From Lingula anatina (taxonomy: Eukaryota > Animalia > Brachiopoda), in the NCBI GenBank assembly GCA_051362555.1, contig CM120648.1:845721-909720 (forward strand): a DNA stretch of 64,000 nucleotides, written 5' to 3'. Each line of letters begins with the position of its first letter. The first letter of the stretch is position 1. The notes below the pieces were generated by a model. The model worked only from the letters and a program-made list of their open reading frames with translations, had not been told where the DNA came from and did not search any database. Positions 24,981 to 39,000 of this stretch are shown here, piece by piece. Made by a program: the position numbers and the translations under genes.

Positions 24981-27900
24981 AACTAGAGGATCAGAGAGGC
25001 GATACCGCCTCCGAATATTGTACCACCAGCTGGAGCAAGCGCATTCGTATAGACCCCCACATATACAAAATAAGAAACAGCCACCAGTCTTGTGCTTGAC
25101 AAGCTGTAAAAATGCAATCAACAAGAATTTTCAAAATATGCAAAATATATATATATAACTAAAAATGGTACAATCAAAGTTAAGTTCATCGTAAGGTAGG
25201 TCAAAGGTCAATTCCAAGGTCACAGTAAATTGCCAGTATATGACTTCCTATTCAACTTCAATAGTAACTATGGGCCTATCTCTGCCAGGTTTGGAGTTCA
25301 AAGAGAAAGAAATTAGCAGAGTTCAGTTCATGATAATAAGTAAGTCAAAGGTCAATTTCAAGGTCACACTTAGATTGCCAGTATATGACTTCCTATTCAC
25401 GTTCAATAGAAACTATGGACCTATCTCTGCCAGTTTTGGAGATAAAGGGGAAGCAAAATATGCAAAGTTCAGTTCATGGTGAAAAGTAGGTCAAAGGTCA
25501 ATTTTAAGGTCACTTTTTGATTGCCAGTATATGACTTCCTATTCACGTTCAATAGTAACTATGGACCTATCTCTGCCAGTTTTGGAGATATAAGGAACTA
25601 ATTGGTATAATTTTGGAGTTACCATAATGTGCCATAAATTTCCTACAGAAAAAATTAATTAAAATAAAGAAAAGGTCATTTTGGTCAAAATCCTTGAAAT
25701 GGGAGGTGCTCTGAAGTTCCAGATGCTCAAATTTGATGAAATAATGTCATTTTTGACCACAAGTTGTCTGCTTTGCCAAGCCTTATGTTTTATATTTCCA
25801 GAGTTCATAATTTATTATCCATTACCGTACTGCACATTTTGCTTTCACCACCAATATGTACTTTTTGATACAGCGTAACTTTGGAGATAAAAGGGAATCA
25901 CAATTTGCAAAATTCAGTTCATGGTGAAAAGTAGGTCAAAGGTCAATTTTAAGGTCACATGTAGATTGCCAGTATATGACTTCCTATTCAAGTTCAATAG
26001 AGACTATGGACCTATCTCTGCCAGTTTTGGAGATAAAAGGGAAGCAAAATTTGCAAAGTTCAGTTCATGGTGAAAAGTAGGTCAAAGGTCAATTTCAAGG
26101 TCACATGTAGATTGCCAGTATATGACTTCCTATTCACGTTCAATAGTAACTATGGACCTATCTCTGCCAGTTTTGGAGATAAAGGGGAAGCAAAATATGC
26201 AAAGTTCAGTTCATGGTGAAAAGTACGTCAAAGGTCAATTTTAAGGTCATTTTTAGATTGCCAGTATATGACTTCCTATTCAATTTCAATAGAGACTATG
26301 GACCTATCTCTGCCAGTTTTGGAGATAAAAGGGAAGCAAAATTTGCAAAGTTCAGTTCATGGTGAAAAGTAGGTCAAAGGTCAATTTTAAGGTCACATTT
26401 AGATTGCCAGTATATAACTTCCTATTCAACTTCAATAGTAACTATGGACCTATCTCTGCCAGTTTTGGAGATATAAGGGACTAAATGTTATAATTTTGGA
26501 GTTACCATAATGTGCCATAAATTTCCTACAGAAAAAATTAATTAAAATAAAGAAAAGGTCATTTTGGTCAAAATTCTTGAAATGGGAGGTGCTCTGAAGT
26601 TCCAGATGTTCAAATTTGATGAAATAATGTCATTTTTGACCACAAGTTGTCTGCTTTGCCAAGCCTTATGTTTTATTTTTCCGGAGTTCATAATTTATTA
26701 TCCATTACAGTACTGCACATTTTGCTTTCACCACCAATATGTACTTTTTGATACAGCGTAACTTTGGAGATAAAAGGGAATCACAATTTGCAAAATTCAG
26801 TTCATGGTGAAAAGTAGGTCAAAGGTCAATTTTAAGGTCACATGTAGATTGCCAGTATATGACTTCCTATTCAAGTTCAATAGAGACTATGGACCTATCT
26901 CTGCCAGTTTTGGAGATAAAAGGGAAGCAAAATTTGCAAAGTTCAGTTCATGGTGAAAAGTAGGTCAAAGGTCAATTTTAAGGTCACATGTAGATTGCCA
27001 GTATATGACTTCCTATTCAAGTTCAATAGAAACTATGGACCTATCTCTGCCAGTTTTGGAGATAAAAGGGAAGCAAAATTTGCAAAGTTCAGTTCAAGGT
27101 GAAAAGTAGGTCAAAGGTCAATTTTAAGGTCACATGTAGATTGCCAGTATATGACTTCCTATTCAAGTTCAATAGAGACTATGGACCTATCTCTGCCAGT
27201 TTTGGAGATAAAAGGGAAGCAAAATTTGCAAAGTTCAGTTCATGGTGAAAAGTAGGTCAAAGGTCAATTTTAAGGTCACATTTAGATTGCCAGTATATGA
27301 CTTCCTATTCACGTTCAATAGTAACTATGGACCTATCTCTGCCAGTTTTGGAGATAAAAGGGAAGCAAAATTTGCAAAGTTCAGTTCATGGTGAAAAGTA
27401 GGTCAAAGGTCAATTTTAAGGTCACATTTAGATTGCCAGTATATGACTTCCTATTCAACTTCAATAGTAACTATGGACCTATCTCTGCCAGTTTTGGAGA
27501 TAAAGGGGAAGCAAAATTTGCAAAGTTCAGTTCATGGTGAAAAGTAGGTCAAAGGTCAACTTTAAGGTCACATTTAGATTGCCAGTATATGACTTCCTAT
27601 TCAAGTTCAATAGTAACTATGGACCTATCTCTGCCAGTTTTGGAGATAAAAGGGAAGCAAAATATGCAAAGTTCAGTTCATGGTGAAAAGTAGGTCAAAG
27701 GTCAATTTTAAGGTCACATTTAGATTGCCAGTATATGACTTCCTATTCAACTTCAATAGTAACTATGGACCTATCTCTGCCAGTTTTGGAGATATAAGGG
27801 ACTAAATGTTATAATTTTTGAGATACCATAATGTGCCATAAATTTCCTACAGAAAAAATTAATTAAAATAAAGAAAAGGTCATTTTGGTCAAAATTCTTG

Positions 27901-28803
27901 AAATGGGAGGTGCTCTGAAGTTCTAGATGTTCAAATTTGATGAAATAATGTCATTTTTGACCACAAGTTGTCTGCTTTGCCAAGCCTTATGTTTTATTTT
28001 TCCGGAGTTCAAAATTTATTATCCATTACCGTACTGCACATTTTGCTTTCACCACCAATATGTACTTTTTGATACAGCGTAACTCGAAAACCGTATGGAA
28101 TACAAAAAAACGGAGACCAACCCCAGTGTTGGGCTTTACATGCTCTACAAAATGCAAAAAAGAATGGGTGTCTAGCATTAACGGTTCCCGAATTAGAGAC
28201 AGTTTTCAGTTTCGATATCTTATGGCCGCTACTCCCGTGAAAATGCACCGATTGACCCCAAATTCACGGAGATGAAAGATGACCCGAAGGGTAACACTTT
28301 CCATTAATATTATTAGTTAAGTCTGTGTGGTGTCTGAATAAGACCGCAAATAATTTTTTTTTCGGCAAAAATTTTGTTTTTTTGAAAATTTTGGCCCGTT
28401 TGACCTTGAAATAAAGGTCAAGGGTCAAATCCAAGGGCATATTTGAAATCTACACATATGACTTTTGGAAAGCTGTCTGTAGAAATTTTTCCCATAATTC
28501 CTTCCGTAGGGGAGATAATTAGCATTTAATTTTGCCATTTTTGGACAAGGGTGCATTGCAATGAGTGCCACACCTAGACCCCAATACCGACAAAGCCCAA
28601 ATTTTACGTGGAACGAGTTGAGATTATAGGTGACCTAAATACAAGAGATGGGTATGGAGGCCCTTACCGTCTAGGAGGAGAAGCGGTAACGGTGACTTGG
28701 CGGCGGAGCCGCAGGAGCCGGCGGAGCCGGCGGAGCCGGCGGAACATACGGGTCGGGACTAAAACCATGTGTACCGCCAGCGCCTACGCTGGTGGTACAA
28801 TAA
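24981..28803. mobile_element. Non-autonomous Helentron/HINE-like element carrying an internal satellite array
   Basis: 5' hairpin GAGGCGATACCGCCTC. Perfect 15-bp subterminal inverted repeat TATTGTACCACCAGC (25016-25030) / GCTGGTGGTACAATA (28788-28802). 3' stem-loop at 28770-28799 and 9-bp microsatellite GGCGGAGCC at 28699-28743. No transposase ORF. Confidence 0.75.
25170..28083. repeat. Higher-order tandem array: 14 x 146-bp units in blocks of 3, 4 and 7, each block followed by a 299-bp unit
   Basis: Anchor ATGGTGAAAAGTAGG (or variants) at ~25188, 25330, 25476 | 25921, 26067, 26213, 26359 | 26804, 26950, 27096, 27242, 27388, 27534, 27680. Steps are 146 within blocks (first unit diverged) and 445 between blocks. 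Confidence 0.95.
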
Positions 28804-29685
28804 CCTAACAGGCCTCTTGCAGCCAGATCACAAGATGTTGACTTCAAGCTGGAAATTATATCGTCTACGATATAATTCCCTGCTTCAATCAAGCTCTTGA
28901 CTTCAGTAAGCAAAAGAAGTCAACATATATGTATTCATCTGCCTGCAAAAGGCCTCTTAAGCTCAATCATCCCTTAACACATTTAGCTCACGTATATTTT
29001 TATGTACCCTGTATGTTTGTGTGAGTGTGTCTATGTTCTGAAACGCCTGATAATTATTGTACTTTGGCAGTATTCCCCACCCCACCGATCGAAGTTTTAA
29101 AGTCACTCACTGACTAATTTTTGTCATTTTGATAAAAGTCTGTGCTATTCAAATACATTAATTTAGAAACTTACTATTATCTTTTTTATTTGAATGGGGG
29201 GGGGGGGGAGGAGAAATACTGCAAAACAGCCCGTTTTTCTTTGTGTGTGTGTTGTGAAATACCTGTATGCGCGTTGTAAAATACGTGATAATTTTACCAA
29301 CGGAGATTCATTAACCTTCACCATTAGTTGATGTTATAAATCACATTGACAGACAAATTTCTCAGAAGAAATCCTGCCAACAGCAACATGGTTTTGGACA
29401 TTAGTTCTTCAAAGCCTTTATTGTATCAGCATCAGATAATAGGGCAGCAACTGCCTTCCTCATAGGATTTTTTTTTTCATTATTCTCCATGTTAAGTCTT
29501 GGATTTTTGGAAGACATATAAAAGAAATGGGTTTCTTTGACTTATTAATTATCTTTATCTCTTGCTTCTACAACAGACTGTGGTTTATATTATTATATGG
29601 GACTGAATTTTACTTTGACCAACAAGGCATTATACTTATAGTTTCATAAGAGTGTAGAGCCACTCAGTTTCTTTAGGGACTTTCC

Positions 29686-29687
<2 letters not shown>

Positions 29688-29733
<46 letters not shown>
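29688..29733. repeat. (TA)n microsatellite
   Basis: Read directly from sequence. Confidence 0.95.
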
Positions 29734-29736
<3 letters not shown>

Positions 29737-30026
29737 TTTATCTATACTTTATGTGGCCAGTGAGTATCTGATAATCTTGTTTCACAGTCTTTTTCTGTTA
29801 TAATACAGGTACATCCATGTATCATATGTACACAGGTATATAACCTCATACACTGATTAAACTTGCATATACAATTGACTAATGAAACGTGGTTACATCT
29901 TTTTGTTTGATTTCAGTGGTTTGGCTTCCAACATCAATATGACTAAAAAATTCTGTTTCAATTGCAGGTGCCTTTTTCCTCAAATCCAATGTTTCATTCC
30001 TGATGTCAAGGTATTAACTGAACTCC

Positions 30027-33000
30027 TCACTTCTTTGAATTCTTCATTTTCAGCTTTACCTTCTGTGCTGAAGTTTTATCCTTGCTTTCTTTTTTGGCCT
30101 TAGTGGAGTTTGATGGCCTTGACCTATTTGTTGATGACCTTGAACTTGGGTCATTTGCCTGACCAAGGGCATTCTTTTTCATATCAGTCATCAAGAAATC
30201 TTGTTTGCTAGCAATGATGTGTTTGTCTGTCCATATTAGAATGCTTCTGCCTGAAATGAAGAAAAACATGGATATTATTTCTGCTCCACTTCCAATAGGA
30301 AAAAACTTCACATACTTGTTCTTGGCTCAAGGTCAAAATAATAATATTGTTGTGAAGGCTTACCATCTTGTCTAAGTAGTTTTTGTTCATTGTCAATGGC
30401 ACTGCACATCCTTTACAACAATGATAAATGAACTTCACACCAAACAACAAGTAAAGAATGTCAGTGACTGAAAATCTAACATTATATTTGTTTTAAAAAT
30501 ATAAGCCCACTCAGTCTGTAAAGTCTGACCCAGCCCTGTAAGAAATATTCAGCTATTCCCCCATACAGTTCTCACCCATACCCTGTACTACTACCCCCCC
30601 CTTTCCTAGAACAAAAACTAATCTGTTCCTGTCACAGATTCATGGACTTGCCCAGCTAATTTACAGATACTAACACATTCCTTTCACATTTACTAAACCA
30701 TTCCAATCCTGTATATTCACCAATGCCTACCACAAATACTCACCCAACCCTATCACAAATACTCACCCATTCCTACCACATATACTCACCCATTCCTATC
30801 ATATATACTCACCCATTCCTATTACATATACTCACCCATTCCTACAACATATACTCACCCATTCCTATCACATATACTCACCCATTCCTATCACATATAC
30901 TCACCCATTCCTACAACATATACTCACCCATTCCTATAACATATAGTCACCCATTCCTACAACATATACTCACCCATTCCTATCACATATACTCACCCAT
31001 TCCTACCACATATACTCACCCATTCCTATAACATATACTCACCCATTCCTGAGCACAGAACATCCCCCTGGGAGTTGAACTTATTGAGCTGAAAATTTGA
31101 AGACGAGAATGTTCCTATTACCACCATATTATGTAAAAAACATTGGGGGGGGGGGATTAACAATTTGATCATTAACTGAAGCACATACACAGAGAAATAA
31201 ATAATTCTGTGATTTTTCATTAAATTTCATGCTTGATACACAACAGTTGTTGCTTATAGTCTGAATACAGAAAGATATTCTATAATTTTGGGATAGGGAA
31301 TGATTAATGAATACTTAATCTGAAAGAAATAATAACAAGCTGCACCTTATCTGACCTTACAATCTGTTTACCAAACCTCATTTGTCAGCTGACCTGAATT
31401 GCGGAACTGACCTTTAGTTGGGGCCGTGTTTCATAGAGATACAATGACATCTTGTGTCAGCTTAGATAAACGATGCAGAGACGAACAGCAATCAGAGACT
31501 GAGCATCAGAGGATGTTTTTTTCATGAAAAATTGACAGAGCTGCCTTAGTTTCATATTTTTTAAAAAAACCTCCTAGTATTTTGAGAAGGTGGATGACAA
31601 TGTATTAGTAACAGTGTGAGTATTGACCGACTGAAGTCTGTAATGTACATGTAGCAAATATGTCATATGACAGTACCTGTCTGCAGTTCTTAACACAAAC
31701 CTAAGAGGATTAAGGTAACATTACATGAAATCAGAGATTCAAAACCACTTTGGGTGGCTGGGGCAAAAGATCCAGGCATGGCCAATCTTGCATGCATTTA
31801 TTTTTGGCACAAACATATGATTTGTTGCATTTGGGGCTTTAAATTTATTTTCCAGATCCACTGTGACATATGTCATACGCACTGACCATCAATGCGGTCC
31901 ATGTGACAGGCACTCTTGCTTGGTACTTGTGCATGTGACATCTCCCTCGTTTATTCAGTGTATATGCAAGGGTGAATCCAGGATTATTTGAAGTGGGAGG
32001 GGGGGGGGGTCTGCAGATGCCAAGCCGACCCCCCCCCCTTTGGCATGACCCACTAAAGGGACCCAAAAAAAATTGGTACTTAAGAGGGCAATCAGTGCCA
32101 TTTGGTATGATTTAGAGCTATGATTCATCTAGTCAAAATTCTATTTTCAAGAGTGGACCATAGGTGTGATTTTTTTCAGACATCGAAAGAGGGGGGGGGG
32201 GGGTCAGGACCACCTTGACATCCCCCTTAATCTACCACTGGTATGTTATGTTTAAAAACATCCAGTTCACATTATTGTCAAGACAACAGTCACTGCACAT
32301 GTTAAAATTAATCAGCCTTTATATTCAGCTGAATGTCCTTATTACTCTCACTCAGTATTGATCAATCTACAGTTTGTAATAAGTCTTACTGTGTAAAATC
32401 TTTTCCCAGTGGTATTCTTTTATTATCTGAGTGAGACCAGTAAAAGGATACATGTAGTGTGCCAGGCCCTTCCAACTTTTGTCACCTAATAACAATTAAT
32501 TATCAAACACACATAAAAAGGAAAGGGTAGAGGACAAAAAGAAAGAAAAAACAATCCAGGCAGTCTTATTTCAATTTACACCTAGCTGATGACAGGAAAC
32601 ATATTTTCCATCAATCAACACACCTCACCACTCAGGTGATTAAGTGAGCTCTTTGGTTACTTTCAGGATTAATAGAAGTAAGGAAAACCTTTTATTATAT
32701 ATGCTTGATTGGTTAACCTAAAACCACCTTAGGATAAAGCAAAGATTAATGAAAAATTATATCAGCAGTAATCAGAAATGACAGAGCAGGGGTGTCCTGG
32801 TTACATCCCTATACATCCCCGCACTGATACTCCTCCACAGCATCGATGCGGGGAAGCAATGATGTGGGGGAATATCCGTGTGGTGGAGTAACGGTGCACC
32901 TACTTCGGCAATTTTACAGGGGATGTATCAATGCAGGGATCTATTGGTGTGGAGTTGTATCGATGTGGTTCGGGGGAGTAACGGTGAGGGGGAGTAACGG

Positions 33001-36000
33001 TGCGGGGGAGTATCAACATTACCCTGGTTTCCTCAGGACCTGATGTAGTACAGGGAGACAGTACAATATATGTGAACCTGTCATTTCATCACCAATTTAC
33101 AGGGAGTACAACCCAATCAAGTCAAGTCCTCAACCCATCATTTTCCTAAAACTTGGTAAGCTGTATAACTGTCTTTAAAATAGGCCTTCTTTAAGGCCAG
33201 TTGCTGTCAAAATAATGGCTGGATGGCTCTCTGGGAAAAACCTTGTGACTGAACCATGTTGTCAGTTGTCAGGTGATTTTCTAAATTATAATCAGCTATG
33301 AAACTCTGGGTCTTCAGTAGATTAGTATAAAAAGAAAGTATATTATCTTTTATAACACTTTTTAATACCAGAAGTAAACTTGATGTGGCACTCGTATAAA
33401 AAAATTCACACGGCCTCATTGATTTTACAGTGGTAAGATTCCTCATCTATTGATTTTTAATTGCAGGCTGAAGCACAGTAGCAGCATCTGTCATTCCCAA
33501 GTCATCAGCAGGCAAAGTGAAAACTCAGTGGCCTAATTAATCTGAGAAATATATCGGAAAAGGAAAGATCACACATTGGAATCTGACTCCCAACTTTATC
33601 ATGCACTTTGTGAACACAGTGATTAAAGAAGAAAAAATTTCCAGACCTCTAAAAGTTATTTGGTGGTCTTGACAATGACTTTATATCTATTAGGCAGGCA
33701 GTGAATGCCCTCTTCTATCGGATGAAAGACAATCAGACAGCTGATTTTTGTGACACTGTTTAGTGATTCTTTTGTAAAGGTCACAATTTACACAAAACGG
33801 AAGACACCATGTTGACCTCAAGAATGTCATAAAGTGACTTAAGGAAGTCATCTAACTTTGACCGAAGTCAATCACCCATCTGTCTCAAAAGGCACGCACT
33901 GCCGTCCAATCATAACAATATGAACCCAAAGGAAGAAGACCAACCAACAACATCAGTGCTTGACATCAATCTAGACATAGTGGTACAAATTCTCTCCTAT
34001 CTTCCCTGGGCGGACAAAATAGTTGCCACCAGGGCAATCCCTAGTTGGAAATCATGCCTCTTCACTACAATAGCTTGGAAGACCTTTGTCAAAAAGCCCA
34101 CAGAGACATACAGCTTCACAAGCAAGCAGCCTGTTGGCAGGTGCTCTGTTGAGAACGATGACGAGGAGAGCGTGAGGATGACCGTGCAGAATTTCGGGCC
34201 ATACTTTCAGGAGGTTGAGATGAACTACCTGGAGAGTCACGAGTTACAAGACATGCAAGGAATACTGGAGCAGGTGATTGAATGATTGAGAATGAGATAT
34301 TGGTTAATTGCAAGTGAATGAGAGACCTATCACATAGTACTCAAAAATTACAAGACTTATATATTGATTGACCTTTTTTATGATGAATTTTTCAAATAAC
34401 CTGTTTTTTTTAAATCTTATATAGTAATACTTCATAGCATATATTTTCCTGGAGTCTGTTGGATCAAACAGAAATCTTTTCAGTGATAAATTACACTTTT
34501 TATGTAATCCAACCTGATTTACATTGTGCCATATGTAACTGTTGTCTTAAACCTTTTTCATGCAATTTTTTATCATCAGGTTGCAAAAAGTTGCACCCGT
34601 ATGAAGAAATTCTCCCAGAAAGTCTCCAATAAACTTCACCACGTAGTCCAGACTAGACAACACGAGGTCGTGCACTCTTTGGCTGACATAGGTAAGACTG
34701 AGAGTTGTGACACTGCCACGACTTAGTTCCTTCCAAAATGTGGCTTTTTTTTATCAAGAAAGCACCTCTAATGCCACCCAGAACCTCTGCCATGTGTAAG
34801 GTACAGTGGAGCGAGTTTTATTTGAAGGATGAGGTCCACGGAAGCAAAGCAGACCCTCCCCGCCCCCCTTGGCTTGGGGTTGGGGGCCAGCTAAAGGGCC
34901 CAAAAAACTTTTTGGTATTTTAAAGGGCGAACAGTGCCATTTGGTATGGTTTAGAACTATGATTCAGCTGATCAAAATTCTAATTTCAAGAGGGGACCAC
35001 TGGTGTGATTTTTTTCAGAATCAAAAGGGGTGGTCAGGGACTCCCTTACCCCCCCCCCCCCCCCCCCCCCCCCTCTACATCCTCCAGTGGTTGTAACATC
35101 ATGTTTCTATTAAAAATGTTTCTGAGTAACAAGTTTTCCTGGCTAGGGAACTGTTGGCTTGTCTTTCTGCACTTTCACCCATGTTCATAGTCTTTCCAAG
35201 TTCCAGCAATTACCACACATTATGCATTGTGTTATGTAGAAATGCATCAATAAATTTGCCCTGGGCAAATTGGTGGAATATGTAATGCATAATTGTATGA
35301 ATTGTGCAAAATGGAACTGTTATCACTTGATTATCAGGGGAACTGGCACTCACAACTTTCACAAATTTTCCAAAAACTGGAAAAAATAAATCCCTGTTTG
35401 TTGTGCTAGCGTGGGGTTACTATATATACATGTAGATGCATGCAGTCCCAAAAATTATCCAAATGATACTTCATTAATGAAGGCTTGAAGTGGCAACAAA
35501 ATAAACTATATATAATTGTTTTGAACTTTCTCATTTGCTTCATCTCATTTGATAACAAGTTTACAATCGTTAGTGGTGCTAATAATGTGCAAATTGACAT
35601 TTATCTCATTTGTCATTATGTTTTATAAGCTACCTGACATTATTGTACTCATAAATACAGATGGCATTGCTTGTAACACTATGGGTTAAAATATTTCACA
35701 ATCAATTTTTCATTTTTTTTTTATATCTTTAGGTAGGAAGACTAATGCCAGCATTAAAGTTTCCTTCCCCAAATTCATCGAGTTTCAAGATCCCATTTCT
35801 CACACACTCAACAAAGATAACGCGCCTGTAACCCTTCTTAATATGCTAGAGATGGACGGACCAATCGAAAACATTTCCCAACTCGAATGTTACTTCCCAA
35901 AATCGTGCACGAATTCCATGCAAAGACTTGGCAACTTTGATGTAGAAAATCTCAGTGTTTCGGCACATATCCTCAACACAGATATCATCTGTAAACTGGC

Positions 36001-39000
36001 CAGGAAGAAACTGTCCACCCTCTGTCTACTTGATGACACACACAGTATCGAAGTGACCACTCCCACTATCAACTGGACAGGGGTCCACCAGGTCAAGCCA
36101 GACCTTAAAGTGCACTATAGGTTCCAAGACCGTCCATTGTTCCCAGAATGCATTACAGACAATCCGCTCATGTTCAGTCTTGTCTTGGACACTTTGTGGA
36201 CTCCAATTACACAAGAACTGATGGAGGCAATGGTGAAGCACTATCATTCATCATTGCACATTTTTGCCATCTTCTTCTGCCAGATGGACGACTGCCTACT
36301 TTCACGAACGGAGGTCTTCAGGATTTTAATCCAAGGGTTCAATCACATGAAATCACTTGTAATAAGCATGCCAATTGAAGCACCAGTGCTGCTTATGATC
36401 GCCAGATGGCAGCATGGTCTTCAGCACCTCATGGTGGCTTCATGTGACATCATCATGAAACCAAGTGTCCAAATTTTGACCTCTGATCACGTAAATGGCA
36501 ATAATGGGAACAGCCTCCCAACAACTGATCATTTAATTAATACGCAAAACAGGAGATACAGTGATAGTAATTGTGGCAATATTTTAGAATTGAAAAGCAT
36601 ACCCCTAAATGATGTTCCTAAAGAGGAGGACTTTTCTTACCTCATTTCATCTTTGCCATTAGATATACAGGAGTGGGTGGAACACAGTTGCAAAGATTTA
36701 GATTCGTTAGAGGACGCCATTAGCCAGTGTCTGGGATATCACTGGAGTGCTATGTCTGAGAAGGAATTCAGCGCAAATACGGCTTTTCTTCAGAAAGTAA
36801 CTTATGGATCGTTGTAGGTTTGAAATTTGAAGTTGCTGTAGTGATATCACTTATCAGGACTAAGATTTCTTTTGGCCTTCTGGTTGCCTGCACCTAAAAT
36901 ATTGTTTATTATAAGACTTAGTGCTTTTCTAAGAAACATTATTAAGTGATAACCCGTTTTATGCAGAATTGAAGAAAATTAGCACTGTTGTACTATGCAC
37001 AGGAGAGAGACAATATGGCATGTCTGGTAGGCAGGAAGATGCACAGATTTTTTTTTTTTATTGTTTAAGAACTCAAAGGAAATACATCAGACTAATGATT
37101 GTTCATAAAAACAAAAAAAAATGATAATAATAAATAAATAAAATAAATTTTAAAATCAGAGAGAGCTTGAGTTAAGTTATAAGGCCTGTCACTGTTTCTG
37201 GTTCTGTTAGTCTGTCAGTTTTTTGGCAACATTTTGCTGAAAGTTAAAAACGGATTTTGATGAAACTTTAAAGAAAACATCAGAAATGGGTTAACTTTAA
37301 AGTGACAAAACTATTTCAATATTTTACTATATTTTAAAATATTTAAAAAGGTTAATTGTCTGCTCATGGTGAGATCCTCTTGATGAAAATTTAAATATCT
37401 ACATCCTCAGTTGTCCAAACCACTGCCAATGGGCTGTTCAGAACATGTTGACCTAGTTAGGTTGATTGCACTCTACAGGGGTCTTCTGCCCAATGCAATC
37501 AGTTAAACAGATTAACACTGAAATACTAATTTATCTCTTTGCAGAAAGCAATCAGATTAACAGATTAACATGACATGCTTCCCAGTATCAAGGGGTTATA
37601 AACCTTCTATTGGTGTGAGCTCAGAGGCTCCTTAACAGTTTTGCATCTTTCTAAATGACTCTAAGACCCCATTTCCAGAGATTAGATCGATCTACTTTAG
37701 ATCGTCCTAACTCCCTGGGGGTTCACGCTAAATAGCCGTCAGCCGGGCGGACATGAAAGTTAATTACCCCCTTACAGCTTGTAGTGGGCCGGACGGACAT
37801 TTAAGTAAGCCAGATTATCTGACAGTAATCTAGTGAGACTCCCCGCGGGGACAGATCGATCTAAAAGCTCTGGGAATACAGCTTAAGCTTTAGATTTTAA
37901 AAATAAAATAAAATCCAGCCTGAATGATTTACCGTTTGACTGGGACTGTAGCAGAAAGTAAGACCCCATTCCCAGAGATTAGATCGATCTACTTTAGATC
38001 GACCTAACTCCCTGGGGGTTCATGCTAAATAGCTGTCAGCTGAGCAGGCACGAAAGTTAATTACCCCCTTACAGCTTGTAGTAGGCGGGACGGACATTTA
38101 AGCCGGATTATCTGACAGTAATCTAGTGAGACTCCCCGCAGGGATAGATCGATCTAAACCTCTGGGAATACGCCCTAAGAAAGAGTTTTTTAAAAATCCT
38201 TTCTGCAAACATCATATACTGTATTAAGTATCAAGACTGTTTGTAGAAAAGATGTAAAAAAAAAAAAGAAGCCAAAACAAGTATTTCCAATTCCTCTTCT
38301 TTTGACCTTTAATTCTAATAAAACTATCAAGGCAAAATCTTTTGAGTTTTATATCCATTCTGTAGACATTTCATTTTCTGAACAACATTAAAATAATCAG
38401 CTTGTTATCTTTCTTTTTTCTTTTTTTTTTCTTTTAATATTGCACATCTCATAAAAAAACAAAGTTTGGCTGAATTTGAATAGTATCTTCGGCTTCAAAA
38501 ATGTCTCTTCACGTGCAATATTTATGGTAATGCCAATTCAATCTCCTTGTTTTCAGAAATTCTACTAAGTATTGTGTTACAACCGCAGGGATTGCCTGTG
38601 TAATCTGTAAAAGGTCACTCACAAACAAATACCGTGTAGCAAACATATTTATGAAAATGGCTGTATCATGATCCATGGCTGCAACTTTCAAGTTCTTCCC
38701 TTATGAACCAGGGCATGCTGGGTATTATATGAACCAGGGCATGCTGGGTATTATATGAACCAGGGCATGCTGGGTATTATATTCTCTGTTTAGTCACTTA
38801 TTAAAAGATAATGATCTACCTGTGAATAACAGTAAATTTCATATCAAAACATGATATCTTCCACTAAACTAGATGATAAAGCCTAGCATATAAACAGACA
38901 TAATACAACTAGTAAATCTGAAATAAATTTCATTTTGCAATTATGGGATTATGGTTCCATCAAGCTGATTTTCAAACCCGAGCTATATTTTATGAATATT

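Noticed and set aside
25170-28083. CRISPR-like array or repeated 65-aa ORFs (25681, 26564)
   Set aside because: Intervening units are near-identical copies rather than unique spacers, units are far too long, there are no cas genes, and the context is eukaryotic. The ORFs are by-products of the 299-bp unit.
28671-28926. 80-aa minus-strand ORF with a Pro/Ala repeat
   Set aside because: Runs through the element's 9-bp microsatellite and a palindromic stretch (ATGTTGACTTC/GAAGTCAACAT; hairpin 28854-28877), so it is not a credible protein.
30723-31031. 102-aa repetitive plus-strand ORF
   Set aside because: Translation of the 23-bp splice-donor minisatellite.
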